Shown here one piece after another: positions 1 through 10,244 of a DNA stretch of 64,000 nucleotides. The position numbers and the translations under genes were made by a program. The notes under the pieces were generated by a model that saw only the letters and a program-made list of their open reading frames with translations, did no database searches and was not told the DNA's origin. The DNA is from Bacilli bacterium (GTDB lineage Bacteria; Bacillota_I; Bacilli_A; RFN20; CAG-826), in contig DAOSDC010000005.1 of the NCBI GenBank assembly GCA_035361955.1, forward strand, positions 32,987 through 96,986, given 5' to 3'. Each line of letters opens with the position of its first letter. Position 1 is the stretch's first letter.

Positions 1-271
1 ATGAAGTGGATGTATTGATCGGAGAGAGCCATAAACCGTTGATACCTAAATCCGACAAATATTCGAGTTTGTCAGCGATGCCCTTAAAGTCACCAATGCC
101 ATCATCGTTGCTATCGGCGAACGAGTAAACGAGCAGTTGGTAATATGTTCGATATTTGGTCGGAACCGCTTGTGGACTCGGATATAAATCGGTTGTTGAG
201 GTTGCGCAACTTGCTAACGAAAACAAGGCGATTAACATGATCGCGACTGGGTGTTTGAGTTTAATATTCAT
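1..271 (-). CDS. Partial (5' end only; continues past the left window edge) GH13 alpha-amylase-family lipoprotein
   Basis: Minus-strand translation from the ATG at 271 gives MNIKLKHPVAIMLIALFSLASC (lipobox LASC), then YQLLVYSFADSNDDGIGDFKGIADKLEYLSDLGINGLWLSPI, the hallmark N-terminal motif of GH13 enzymes. An AAAGGGG RBS lies 7 nt upstream. Not in the ORF track because it has no stop in the window. Confidence 0.6.
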   Translation of the reverse strand, partial: MNIKLKHPVAIMLIALFSLASCATSTTDLYPSPQAVPTKYRTYYQLLVYSFADSNDDGIGDFKGIADKLEYLSDLGINGLWLSPINTSTS

Positions 272-287
272 GGTTTGCCCCTTTATA

Positions 288-1358
288 TTATAAATAATTG
301 GCGCACAACTGAGCGGTTCTTGAAGTCGTGTTACCATACACTTTGCAAGTGTAGGCTTGGTTATCGATGTACGGGTTGCGGTTCTTTTGTTTGTCATAGA
401 CGCGGTTGTTACGAATCATCGCCCAATCGTTGACCGGGTAATATAGCGCCCACAAAACGGCCAATTCCGCGGTTTGGAAATTGCCTTCAAGCGAATAACC
501 ATACAGCGTATTCAAATATAACGTGGCACGAGCGACTTCACCTTTGGCCGCATCGAGTGGTTCAAAGTAGGTTCCATTGGTCAGGTTTTGGGTCGTGCGT
601 CCCGCTGAGTCGACCACCCAAGTGGCGGAGGAAGGATCTAAATCAGCGAAGCGATCATTGTCACGGATGTTGTTCGTTTTCCAATCATCAGCAAAAATGT
701 GATGATTGTCGTTTGTCGCTGGAGAACTAATTTTTGATTGGGGATATGTATGTTCGCGGTTCCACTTGTTAGCGGCGTTACCAGAAACATGGGCGCTTTT
801 CGCATAACTTTGGCGAGCGTAAATCGTTAAAACATTATTTGAGTTAGCTAAATCTTGATCGGCGTATTCAAACCGGCCCCAATCATAACTAGTCGAAACA
901 TTTTTGCTAATGAGGCTCTTCAATTCATTTTTCAGCGTTGTGCCTGTCGAAGAAGTGCTGATGGAAGTGTAATAGTTAGGCGCGTTTGATGAAACGGAAA
1001 TCGTGGGAAAGACAATCGCGTCATTAACTTGAGAAGTTACCGAACTCGAGGATGAACTCGAAGATGAACTCGAAGATGAACTCGAAGATGAACTCGAGGA
1101 TGAACTTGATGAACTCAAAGATGAACTCGAAGACGAACTAGACGACAAAACTTCACTTGATGAAGCGGTGCTACTCGATGTCTCAGTGCTTGTTGTTTCA
1201 CTAGAAAACAAACTGCTTTCGGTGTTTGATGAATCTTGTTCGCTCGATAAAGATGGCGATGAGCTTTTGCATGCGCTCAAGATGACGGCAACGACTGGAA
1301 ACAACCACTTAATTCTTTTCAAGATAGACCCCTTTGATAATCTCGTTAATTTTAACAA
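288..1358 (-). CDS. Extracellular endonuclease I family (EndA/Vvn-like) lipoprotein with a long poly-Ser/Thr linker
   Basis: Signal peptide with lipobox (ILSAC). Contains WNREHTYPQS, DNHHIFADDW..NIRDNDRFADL and DAAKGEVARATLYLNTLYG, which match the catalytic and C-terminal motifs of the Endonuclease_1 family. A ~100-residue S/T tract includes pure poly-Ser. Confidence 0.62.
   Translation of the reverse strand: MLKLTRLSKGSILKRIKWLFPVVAVILSACKSSSPSLSSEQDSSNTESSLFSSETTSTETSSSTASSSEVLSSSSSSSSSLSSSSSSSSSSSSSSSSSSSSSSSSSVTSQVNDAIVFPTISVSSNAPNYYTSISTSSTGTTLKNELKSLISKNVSTSYDWGRFEYADQDLANSNNVLTIYARQSYAKSAHVSGNAANKWNREHTYPQSKISSPATNDNHHIFADDWKTNNIRDNDRFADLDPSSATWVVDSAGRTTQNLTNGTYFEPLDAAKGEVARATLYLNTLYGYSLEGNFQTAELAVLWALYYPVNDWAMIRNNRVYDKQKNRNPYIDNQAYTCKVYGNTTSRTAQLCANYL
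1046..1145. repeat. Tandem 12-nt repeat (gatgaactcgaa, ~8 near-identical units) encoding the poly-Ser tract of the nuclease lipoprotein
   Basis: Visible direct repetition gaactcgaagatgaactcgaagatgaactcgaagatgaactcgaggatgaa. The reverse complement reads tcg agt tca tct, i.e. SSSS in frame. Confidence 0.8.
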
Positions 1359-1453
1359 ATACTAACTTATGATAAAAGCAAATATTGAACGATGACAAAC
1401 GATGTGCCCAATTAAAGTCAGATTTGCTAATATGCTAGTAGTGAGGATTTTCC

Positions 1454-1615
1454 ATGAACCAATACAAATGCACGGTGTGCGGCTATATTTACGATGAAGC
1501 CGAGGGCGATCCAGACGGTGGGCTGCCTCCCGGCACACTTTATGATGATATTCCCGATAGTTGGATGTGCCCGATTTGTGGCGTTACCAAGGAACGTTTC
1601 GTATTAATTAAATAA
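1454..1615 (+). CDS. rub: Rubredoxin (53 aa); absent from the ORF track because it is under 60 aa
   Basis: Translation [53 protein letters not shown] has the two CxxCG knuckles of rubredoxin. A GAGG RBS lies 8 nt upstream, with an extended -10 TGcTAATAT upstream of that. Confidence 0.85.
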   Translation: MNQYKCTVCGYIYDEAEGDPDGGLPPGTLYDDIPDSWMCPICGVTKERFVLIK

Positions 1616-1616
1616 A

Positions 1617-1645
1617 AAAGCAAGGAGTACGCTCCTTACTTTTTG
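1617..1645. terminator. Bidirectional rho-independent terminator between rubredoxin and the convergent MarR gene
   Basis: Hairpin AAGGAG-tacg-CTCCTT with A-run and T-run flanks. The stem overlaps the MarR stop codon (1636-1638). Confidence 0.6.
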
Positions 1646-2049
1646 CCAATCTTCTTTAAAAGCGTTTGCAACGTCTTTTCTTCTTCGACGCTCATTCTAT
1701 CAAGCACTTGCCTAAGTCTTTGCTCGTGGATCGGATACATGTGATCCATGAAATCACGGCCGGCAGTTTTTAAATCGAGCCGATAGACGCGTTTATCAAT
1801 CGCGTCTTTGGTTTTTGTTATCATTCCTTTGCTTACGAGTTGGTCGATGACATAGCTCATGCTGGAATTTGGAATCAACACTTTGGATATCACTTGGTTA
1901 ACATTTAATGGCCCCTTGTGATAAAGCGCCTCCAACACGCCAAATTCACTAAGACTTAATCCGTGCGATAGCACTTCGTCTTTGATGACTTGCTCCAGTG
2001 CGTGGCTCGCTCTGAAAAAAATCGTAATCGTTTTTAAATCGCGTTTCAT
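1636..2049 (-). CDS. MarR-family transcriptional regulator (MhqR-like)
   Basis: 137 aa with a winged-HTH MarR pattern (SLSEFGVLEALYHKGPLNVNQVISKVLIPNSSMSYVIDQLVSKGMITKTKDAIDKRVYRLDLT). Directly upstream of, and co-oriented with, a ring-cleaving dioxygenase. Confidence 0.8.
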   Translation of the reverse strand: MKRDLKTITIFFRASHALEQVIKDEVLSHGLSLSEFGVLEALYHKGPLNVNQVISKVLIPNSSMSYVIDQLVSKGMITKTKDAIDKRVYRLDLKTAGRDFMDHMYPIHEQRLRQVLDRMSVEEEKTLQTLLKKIGKK

Positions 2050-2050
2050 A

Positions 2051-3034
2051 TCATAGCTCCTTTTCGATTGTCAAATGGCTACGTTTGGTATCGATCGGCC
2101 GCACGAGTTTTTCAATGCGCTCACGCATATTCCTAAATCGCGGCGGCAACGCCAATATTTCGCCTAATGTTTCATATGGTTCTTCATCGTCGATGAAACC
2201 CGGCCCTTCGGTCGCCAGTTCGAACAAAACGGGACGATATAACCTTGTGTATAGCGATTTGAAATAAAAACGATCGACATAACCGGAATTCGGCGCTCCG
2301 ATGCGGTTGAAATGGCGTGTCCACTCGTCGAGTTCTTCCTTGTCCTCAATTCTAAAAGCGACATGGTGGACGCTCCCATAGCCTTGCATGCCTCGGTGCG
2401 TAGTTTGGTCCTCGATAATGATAACCGATGCTCCGTTACCACCTTCGCCCATTTCATACAATCGTTGATTTTCTTCTTTTGCCACAAATCGAAGACCAAG
2501 CTGCTTAGTTAATATTTCATTCATATATTCCGGTTCACTGACCGCAATAAATATCGGCCCCAGTCCATAAATGGCGTATTGATTGGGAATCGGTCCTTTT
2601 TCCCAAGCGATTCCGGGGGCGATGCCCGGCACGCCTTCGTCGGAGAATAGCGCATAGCGCTGTCCGTCAAAGTCTGTAAAATACAAGGAGCTCCTACCAA
2701 ATATTACTTTGATGTCTTCGTGCTCGACGCTTTTTGCTTCAAAGCGTTTTTTCCAATACATAAGCGCTTCATCGCTTGGGACGCGAAAGCCAGTTCGGTC
2801 AATCTGATCGGTGCCCGCTTCCCCTTTAAGGCTCCCGGGAAAATCAAAAAACGTCATGTCGGTGCCTGGGCTGCCCCGATCGTCGGCGAAGAATAGATGA
2901 TATGTGTTGATATCGTCTTGGTTAATCGTTTTTTTGACAAGACGAAGTCCCAGTACATAAGTGAAAAATTCATATATTTTTTCGGCGCTAGAAGTAATCG
3001 CCGTCACATGGTGAATTCCTTTTAATTGTCGCAT
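2051..3034 (-). CDS. Ring-cleaving dioxygenase, VOC/glyoxalase family (MhqA/MhqO-like hydroquinone/catechol dioxygenase)
   Basis: The N-terminus MRQLKGIHHVTAI..LGLRLVKKTINQDDINTYHLFFADDRGSPGTDMTFFDFPG closely matches B. subtilis MhqO/MhqA-type proteins. Two VOC repeats. Confidence 0.72.
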   Translation of the reverse strand: MRQLKGIHHVTAITSSAEKIYEFFTYVLGLRLVKKTINQDDINTYHLFFADDRGSPGTDMTFFDFPGSLKGEAGTDQIDRTGFRVPSDEALMYWKKRFEAKSVEHEDIKVIFGRSSLYFTDFDGQRYALFSDEGVPGIAPGIAWEKGPIPNQYAIYGLGPIFIAVSEPEYMNEILTKQLGLRFVAKEENQRLYEMGEGGNGASVIIIEDQTTHRGMQGYGSVHHVAFRIEDKEELDEWTRHFNRIGAPNSGYVDRFYFKSLYTRLYRPVLFELATEGPGFIDDEEPYETLGEILALPPRFRNMRERIEKLVRPIDTKRSHLTIEKEL

Positions 3035-3102
3035 TTAATTAATCCTCGACTAAAATATATTTCGATTTTGAAATAATTTCAAATCATATGCTCACCAATA
3101 AA

Positions 3103-3133
3103 AAAACTCCGCGTTGTCGCGGAGTTGTTGCTT
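3103..3133 (-). terminator. Rho-independent terminator downstream of groEL
   Basis: On the minus strand: ACTCCGCG-acaa-CGCGGAGT followed by TTTTTTT. Confidence 0.5.
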
Positions 3134-3146
3134 TATATAGCGTTGG

Positions 3147-5029
<1,883 letters not shown>

Positions 5030-5053
5030 ATAAACTCCTCCATGAATATTAGT

Positions 5054-5080
5054 TTGGCACTCGTATTATTCGAGTGCTAT
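5054..5080. promoter_or_regulatory. CIRCE operator (HrcA binding site) in the groES 5' leader
   Basis: TTGGCACTC-gtattattc-GAGTGCTAT compared with the consensus TTAGCACTC-N9-GAGTGCTAA. Lies between the promoter and the groES start. Confidence 0.8.
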
Positions 5081-5088
5081 CAACATAT

Positions 5089-5116
5089 ATTTTAATGTTT
5101 GTCTATCGATTGTCAA
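5089..5116 (-). promoter_or_regulatory. Sigma-A-type groESL promoter
   Basis: On the minus strand, TTGACA then a 16-nt spacer then TAAAAT, about 10 nt upstream of the CIRCE element. Confidence 0.5.
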
Positions 5117-5206
5117 GATGGATGATTATCATTTTAAAAAATAATCTGTACGTGAAAAAGTGCGGCTCAAACGCAATTAAAAGCAGTGCGATCTACTTGG
5201 TCTTAA

Positions 5207-6136
5207 TTATTTATTAGTCGTTTTATCGAGTTCTTGGGATAGGACAACGGCATTGTTGTCAACGTCAAGTCCGTTAAGGCTGTCGATGAATTTACCGAAT
5301 TTGCTATAACCGTAGTTTTCGTAATCGAAGTCTTTGAATTGCGCTTTTAGCATTTTAATTATTTCCGGTAGTGCAATGCGCTTTGTCGGTCGCGCCTTGA
5401 TTTTCTTAATGATGAATCCAGCGATGTCTTGGTCGGTGCCGCTTTCGATCAGCTTCACGTAATGTTGATCTTTTTCTTTCACAAGCGCCAAAGTTTTAAT
5501 CGCCGAGACGAGTTTTGACAAATTGCGTGCCCCATAACGGCGCGGATCAAAATCGGATTGGAGATTCGTTAATAATATTCCTAACTGGCTTAATAAAATT
5601 CTGCCGTCGGTGCCACTTTCGATGATTAAACTTTTAATCGTGTTGGCAAGTTCTTTCGTCTCAATGGTATCGTCATCAGTATCACCATTATTTTTCTTTT
5701 CATCGACCAAATAATTAAAATATTTGAATTCGTTGCACGATGACACGAATGCTTTGCTCGCCTTTTGATCGCCGATGCCGATGACAAAAGCGCCTTTTTC
5801 CCTAAGTTTGATGACTAGTGGTGTAAAATCGCTGTCGGATGTAACGAGTATAAACATGTTGACAAGTCCTTCATTCATGATTTCTAGGGCATCGAGGCTC
5901 ATCGCCATATCGGCGGCATTTTTCTTGACGGCAACGTTATATTGATGAACGGGACGAATCGCGTATTCTGAGGAAATGCGGCGCCAGTCTTCGCCCACGG
6001 CTTTGATGTCGGCGTAAAATCGGCTCGTAATCGCCCGCCCGTATTTAGCCATTTCCTTGATGACGGCGCTCATGCGGTTGACCGGAACGTTTTCAGCGTC
6101 GATCAATAACGCAATTTTATAATTTGTATTATCCAT
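5207..6136 (-). CDS. NYN-domain protein with two C-terminal OST-HTH/LOTUS domains (LabA-like)
   Basis: N-terminus IALLIDAENV...MAMSLDALE...FILVTSDSDFTPLVIKLREKG is a NYN/PIN-like nuclease fold. The C-terminus carries two ~70-aa LOTUS-like repeats (LLSQLGILLTNL..RRYGARNLSKLV and LPEIIKMLKAQFKDFDYENYGYSKFGKFIDSL). Confidence 0.6.
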   Translation of the reverse strand: MDNTNYKIALLIDAENVPVNRMSAVIKEMAKYGRAITSRFYADIKAVGEDWRRISSEYAIRPVHQYNVAVKKNAADMAMSLDALEIMNEGLVNMFILVTSDSDFTPLVIKLREKGAFVIGIGDQKASKAFVSSCNEFKYFNYLVDEKKNNGDTDDDTIETKELANTIKSLIIESGTDGRILLSQLGILLTNLQSDFDPRRYGARNLSKLVSAIKTLALVKEKDQHYVKLIESGTDQDIAGFIIKKIKARPTKRIALPEIIKMLKAQFKDFDYENYGYSKFGKFIDSLNGLDVDNNAVVLSQELDKTTNK

Positions 6137-6286
6137 AATGTCTCCTAGATTGGATGATTTATCTACCTAATCATAACCGATTAAGCGGTTGTTCGCACGA
6201 ATCGATTCTATAATTAGGCGACGATTTTGGGCTTTAAGCCCCAAACACTTCGATGCATCGTATAAAATGACAATGAGGACTGATCG

Positions 6287-6805
6287 ATGACAAAAACCGA
6301 AATTCGTCAAATGATGATTGCCAAACGGACAGCAATGGAAACCCGTGATGTCAAACTAAGAAGCCATGCTCTAGTGGAAAAGCTAATGCGCGATTATCGG
6401 TTTATCGTCGCCGATATCGTGGCGATCTACGAACCGATTAACAATGAAGTTGATTTGCGTGGTTTGTATCAAACCGGCAAACGGTTTGCGCTCCCAAAAG
6501 TTGTGGGCACCGACATGCACTTCATCGAGATCACGGCTGAAACCGAATTAGTGCGCAGTTCGTTTGGGATCCTCGAGCCGCGCGATGGCCGTATCGTCGA
6601 CGACCACATCGATTTGCTGCTCGTTCCCACACTGGCACTTGACCGCAAGAATTACCGTATCGGGTTTGGCAAAGGTTATTACGACCGCTTTCTTGCCTCA
6701 CACAAGCCAAAAATGACGTTGGGCATCATCTATGATTTTCAGTTAATCGATGGTTTCGACCATCATGAGTTTGATATTGCCCTTGATGGGGCATTAATCG
6801 CTTAA
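6287..6805 (+). CDS. 5-formyltetrahydrofolate cyclo-ligase
   Basis: 172 aa with the MTHFS family pattern (YQTGKRFALPKV..GILEP..DLLLVPTLALDRKNYRIGFGKGYYDRFL). Confidence 0.8.
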   Translation: MTKTEIRQMMIAKRTAMETRDVKLRSHALVEKLMRDYRFIVADIVAIYEPINNEVDLRGLYQTGKRFALPKVVGTDMHFIEITAETELVRSSFGILEPRDGRIVDDHIDLLLVPTLALDRKNYRIGFGKGYYDRFLASHKPKMTLGIIYDFQLIDGFDHHEFDIALDGALIA

Positions 6806-8454
6806 TGACGTTTTTGGTGCGTCATCACGAACGTCGTGACATCAAAGGCATCCATCGGATAGGCGTATAAATATCCTTGAATGGCATCGATGCCATGTTG
6901 GACAAGGTAGTCTTGTTGAAATTTTTCTTCAACACCTTCGCCGACGACTTTAAGACCAAGTGCTTTGCCAAGCGAAATCATGAATTCGATTAATGGGTAA
7001 TTACCATCGACCTCTTCGATACTATTGATGAACTCACGATCGATTTTGAGAATGTCGATTGGTAATTGTTGCAAATACATTAACGACGAATAGCCGGTTC
7101 CAAAATCGTCTAAAGCGATGCGGAAGCCCATCGCTCGTATTGTTTTCAAACGGGCGACCGCTAGCTCGAAATTTTCCAAAAACAGCGACTCGGTAATTTC
7201 AAACACGAAGTATTTGGTGGCGACTTTGTGCCGGACGATGGCATCTTTCAAATAATCGATGAAATTAAGTTCAAGCACTAATTTTGTCGATAGGTTAATC
7301 GACACGCTCGTGGGAGCGGCGCCATCGGCGAGCAACTCTTGGAAATACGCGAAGCTTCGTTCGACCACAAACCGCGTCAATTCCTTGATTTGCCCCGATT
7401 TCTCAGCGGTTGGGATAAAGTCAAGCGGAGCGATGAATCCACGCTTGCCTTGCTTCCAGCGCAACAGTGCTTCCATCGCAAATATTTTGCCCTTTTTAAC
7501 ATCGTACACCGGTTGGAAATATACTTTTATTTCGTCGTTAGTTAGCGCCGAATGAAGTAAGTTGGTCAACTCGATGTTCTCGGTTATCTCTTTCTCGAAT
7601 GAAGCTTGGTAGGAAACCACCGAACCCGGACCCGATTTTTTAGCGACCGACAAAGCCATTTCGATGTGTTGCATCAACGTCTCGTATGTTTCGCCATCTT
7701 CGGGATAACACACGATACCGGAAGACACCGTAAAAAAGAAATCGTCGCCATCGATTGGAATCGATCGGCGCGCTTCTTTGGTATATTCTTGAATCAATTT
7801 GTCCATTTCTTTTCGCGAAGCGATGTTTTGCACCAACAAAACGAATAAGTCGTCGCTGAAACGGAATACATGATGATCTTCGCCCGCCAAAACGCGCAAA
7901 TCGCGAGCAATCGTCGTGATTAAAAAATCACCCGCGGCAAATCCTTTTACTTCATTGATTGAGCGAAAATTGTCGATGTCAATATAGACGATTCCAAGAA
8001 ATTGCCCTTCTTTTGTTTGAAAATGTTCCCGCAGTAGTTCACGAAATTTGTTTTTGTTGAACAAACCGGTCAACCGGTCAGTATAAGCGAGTTCGTAGAG
8101 ACGTCTTTCAAGTATTTCCAAATTGTCATTACTAATGTTGAGATTGGAATTCGATTCTTCCAACCGTTTAATCGCCGTGACATATAAATCCATGCGTCGT
8201 TTTATCAAAAAATAGAAAAGCAGCGTCGTCATCGCCACATAGAAAATACCTTTAGCCAACTGAATGCTGTCGACAAGCGCGTGATTATCACCAGTCAACC
8301 AAAGCAAAATCCGATCTGAGAGCACAATCCAAACAATGCCGAGCACGAGATAAACCGCCATGATTTGAAGCGTGCCCCGCACGGGAAGCAGTCTCCAATT
8401 GCTTTTTTTGAGTTTCTCGCGGAATTGCTCGTCAGCGTTTGGTTTATTACTCAT
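6802..8454 (-). CDS. Membrane-anchored c-di-GMP phosphodiesterase with a degenerate GGDEF domain plus an EAL domain
   Basis: Two N-terminal TM helices. GGDEF-domain region DIDNFRSINEVKGFAAGD with the signature replaced by RFSDDLF. EAL domain has EALLRW and later conserved blocks. Confidence 0.8.
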   Translation of the reverse strand: MSNKPNADEQFREKLKKSNWRLLPVRGTLQIMAVYLVLGIVWIVLSDRILLWLTGDNHALVDSIQLAKGIFYVAMTTLLFYFLIKRRMDLYVTAIKRLEESNSNLNISNDNLEILERRLYELAYTDRLTGLFNKNKFRELLREHFQTKEGQFLGIVYIDIDNFRSINEVKGFAAGDFLITTIARDLRVLAGEDHHVFRFSDDLFVLLVQNIASRKEMDKLIQEYTKEARRSIPIDGDDFFFTVSSGIVCYPEDGETYETLMQHIEMALSVAKKSGPGSVVSYQASFEKEITENIELTNLLHSALTNDEIKVYFQPVYDVKKGKIFAMEALLRWKQGKRGFIAPLDFIPTAEKSGQIKELTRFVVERSFAYFQELLADGAAPTSVSINLSTKLVLELNFIDYLKDAIVRHKVATKYFVFEITESLFLENFELAVARLKTIRAMGFRIALDDFGTGYSSLMYLQQLPIDILKIDREFINSIEEVDGNYPLIEFMISLGKALGLKVVGEGVEEKFQQDYLVQHGIDAIQGYLYAYPMDAFDVTTFVMTHQKRH

Positions 8455-8984
8455 TTGGTAATAACGGTTTCCTTTCGGATTTTTTTCTCAAGATCAAGCA
8501 GTTTCACTTGGTCACGATTTCGTTTGGTGTCCGAACGCAAACTGTATTTCGTCAAATATTTGTAAAGGCGCCATAAGTTCTTAACGTCAAGTACCGCATA
8601 CGAGGTGGCGTCGCGATTGACTTGAAGCGGATTTTCGTCTTGAAAACCGGCTTCTTTTTTCCAATACGATTGTTTGGCGATTTCGACTTCAACGCCGTTT
8701 TTCTTAAAAGCCAAATAGGGTTTGGCGACGCGTTTATATCCAGCTTTGCGAAGCAATAACGGCAGTTGATCACCACCGACAATCTCATCGTTTAACAGCA
8801 AATCGACGTCTTGGGCATCATAATCTTTATCAAGTGCCAACTCGACGCCCAACGAGCCGTATACGACGGGGTGAACCCCAAAACGACCTTCGATTAAGGT
8901 CACGACTTCGTGCAGTGTTTGATAAACGACTTGTCGATGTCCGTTCATACTTTGCCTATCGATTCGACGCTGGCGCGTTTCCAT
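8451..8984 (-). CDS. Small nucleotidyltransferase-fold protein (ANT(2'')/Lnu-like size and motif)
   Basis: 177 aa. YGSLGVELAL-x9-DVDLLL fits the G[SG]-x(9-13)-DxD Pol-beta nucleotidyltransferase motif. Overlaps the downstream EAL gene by 4 nt and the upstream GGDEF gene. Confidence 0.45.
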   Translation of the reverse strand: METRQRRIDRQSMNGHRQVVYQTLHEVVTLIEGRFGVHPVVYGSLGVELALDKDYDAQDVDLLLNDEIVGGDQLPLLLRKAGYKRVAKPYLAFKKNGVEVEIAKQSYWKKEAGFQDENPLQVNRDATSYAVLDVKNLWRLYKYLTKYSLRSDTKRNRDQVKLLDLEKKIRKETVITK

Positions 8985-10117
8985 GCGCTCTTATTAGATT
9001 TTTTTGCCATGTACAGTCCTTCATCGGCCAATCGGTAATAAGTGTCGAAATCAGTTTTTGCATCTGGTATTAGCGTCACGATACCGATACTTACGGCAAG
9101 CGTTAAACCATGTTCGGTAAATTTCTCGTGCTTGACGAGGTTGATGATATCCTCGGCTTTGACTTCCGCTTCTTTTTCTCCAGAACCTGGAAGAATTACC
9201 GCGAATTCGTCCCCGCCAAAGCGACCAATCGTTTGGCAACCACTCATCAATGGTTTCAATAAGTTGGATATTTGCGTCAGCACCTGATCCCCCGCCATAT
9301 GTCCGTGGGTATCGTTGACTGTCTTAAAATTGTCGATATCAAACATTAAAAGCGATACCGGTTGGTTGGATTCGCGTGCTTTGTTGATGCAAGTCGTGCT
9401 AATGTCTAAAAATGTTGCCCGGTTATTGATTTGTGTCAACTGATCGATATGTGCTAATTCTAATAGCACGGCGTCGGTCTTTTCCTTGCTCATCAAGATG
9501 AAACCGATATTGGTGACAATCATGTGGGCGAACAATAGCGTGTACATTAACTGATTGATCGGGCTTGTCGACAACACCGTTAAATCGACCCAACCGAAAA
9601 AGGCGTTGATGCCCCGGAACATCATGATGACGATGACCGTTACGTAAATGATAGCGAAAAATGCTTCCAGCGATGTGCGTTGCTTACGCCGTAATATCGT
9701 GATCGGGGGTCCAATCAGCAATAGTGTCCCGATGAGTGAGAAAAAGAATATGCGTCGCGGTTCCGTGTTCCAAAACAGCACGATCGACAGAAAGAACAAA
9801 ACCGAGGCGATGATAAAGCCCGTATACAAGTTTCGAATCCAACCTTTAAATTCGTCATGCAACGAGATGATTGCCCACGCCTCAAAGAATAGACCGACGA
9901 ACATACTCGTGTTGGCAAAAACTTGCACAATCCAAGCCGGCAACATCGGTTGTAGCATAAATAGCGTCCAGGCCACAGATTGAAACATCTTGGCAATGAT
10001 GAACAAAACTTTGTGAAGCGTGTCTTGCTTCTTAAACACATAGGCGAACAAAAACAAACCGGTAAATAAATTCCCGATTGTAATTAACAAGATAATGGTT
10101 GCAACATCAATTGTCAT
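8945..10117 (-). CDS. Membrane sensor diguanylate cyclase (GGDEF)
   Basis: About 6 N-terminal TM helices. C-terminal GGDEF domain with intact RFGGDEF, DIDNFKTVNDTHGHMAGD and RxxD-like elements. Confidence 0.8.
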   Translation of the reverse strand: MTIDVATIILLITIGNLFTGLFLFAYVFKKQDTLHKVLFIIAKMFQSVAWTLFMLQPMLPAWIVQVFANTSMFVGLFFEAWAIISLHDEFKGWIRNLYTGFIIASVLFFLSIVLFWNTEPRRIFFFSLIGTLLLIGPPITILRRKQRTSLEAFFAIIYVTVIVIMMFRGINAFFGWVDLTVLSTSPINQLMYTLLFAHMIVTNIGFILMSKEKTDAVLLELAHIDQLTQINNRATFLDISTTCINKARESNQPVSLLMFDIDNFKTVNDTHGHMAGDQVLTQISNLLKPLMSGCQTIGRFGGDEFAVILPGSGEKEAEVKAEDIINLVKHEKFTEHGLTLAVSIGIVTLIPDAKTDFDTYYRLADEGLYMAKKSNKSAWKRASVESIGKV

Positions 10118-10244
10118 AAGTTAGTAATCTTTCTTAATTCATTTTATCAAAGGGGGGCTTAGTCGCATAATTATTTAATAATTATTGCGATAATTTACGT
10201 ATTTTAGCACAATTTATTAGATAATTGTTTAAAGAGGACCCTGC

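Noticed and set aside
251-433. ORF 251..433 (+), 60 aa
   Set aside because: It overlaps the start of the partial GH13 gene and the 3' end of the nuclease gene on the opposite strand. Cys-rich nonsense translation with no RBS.
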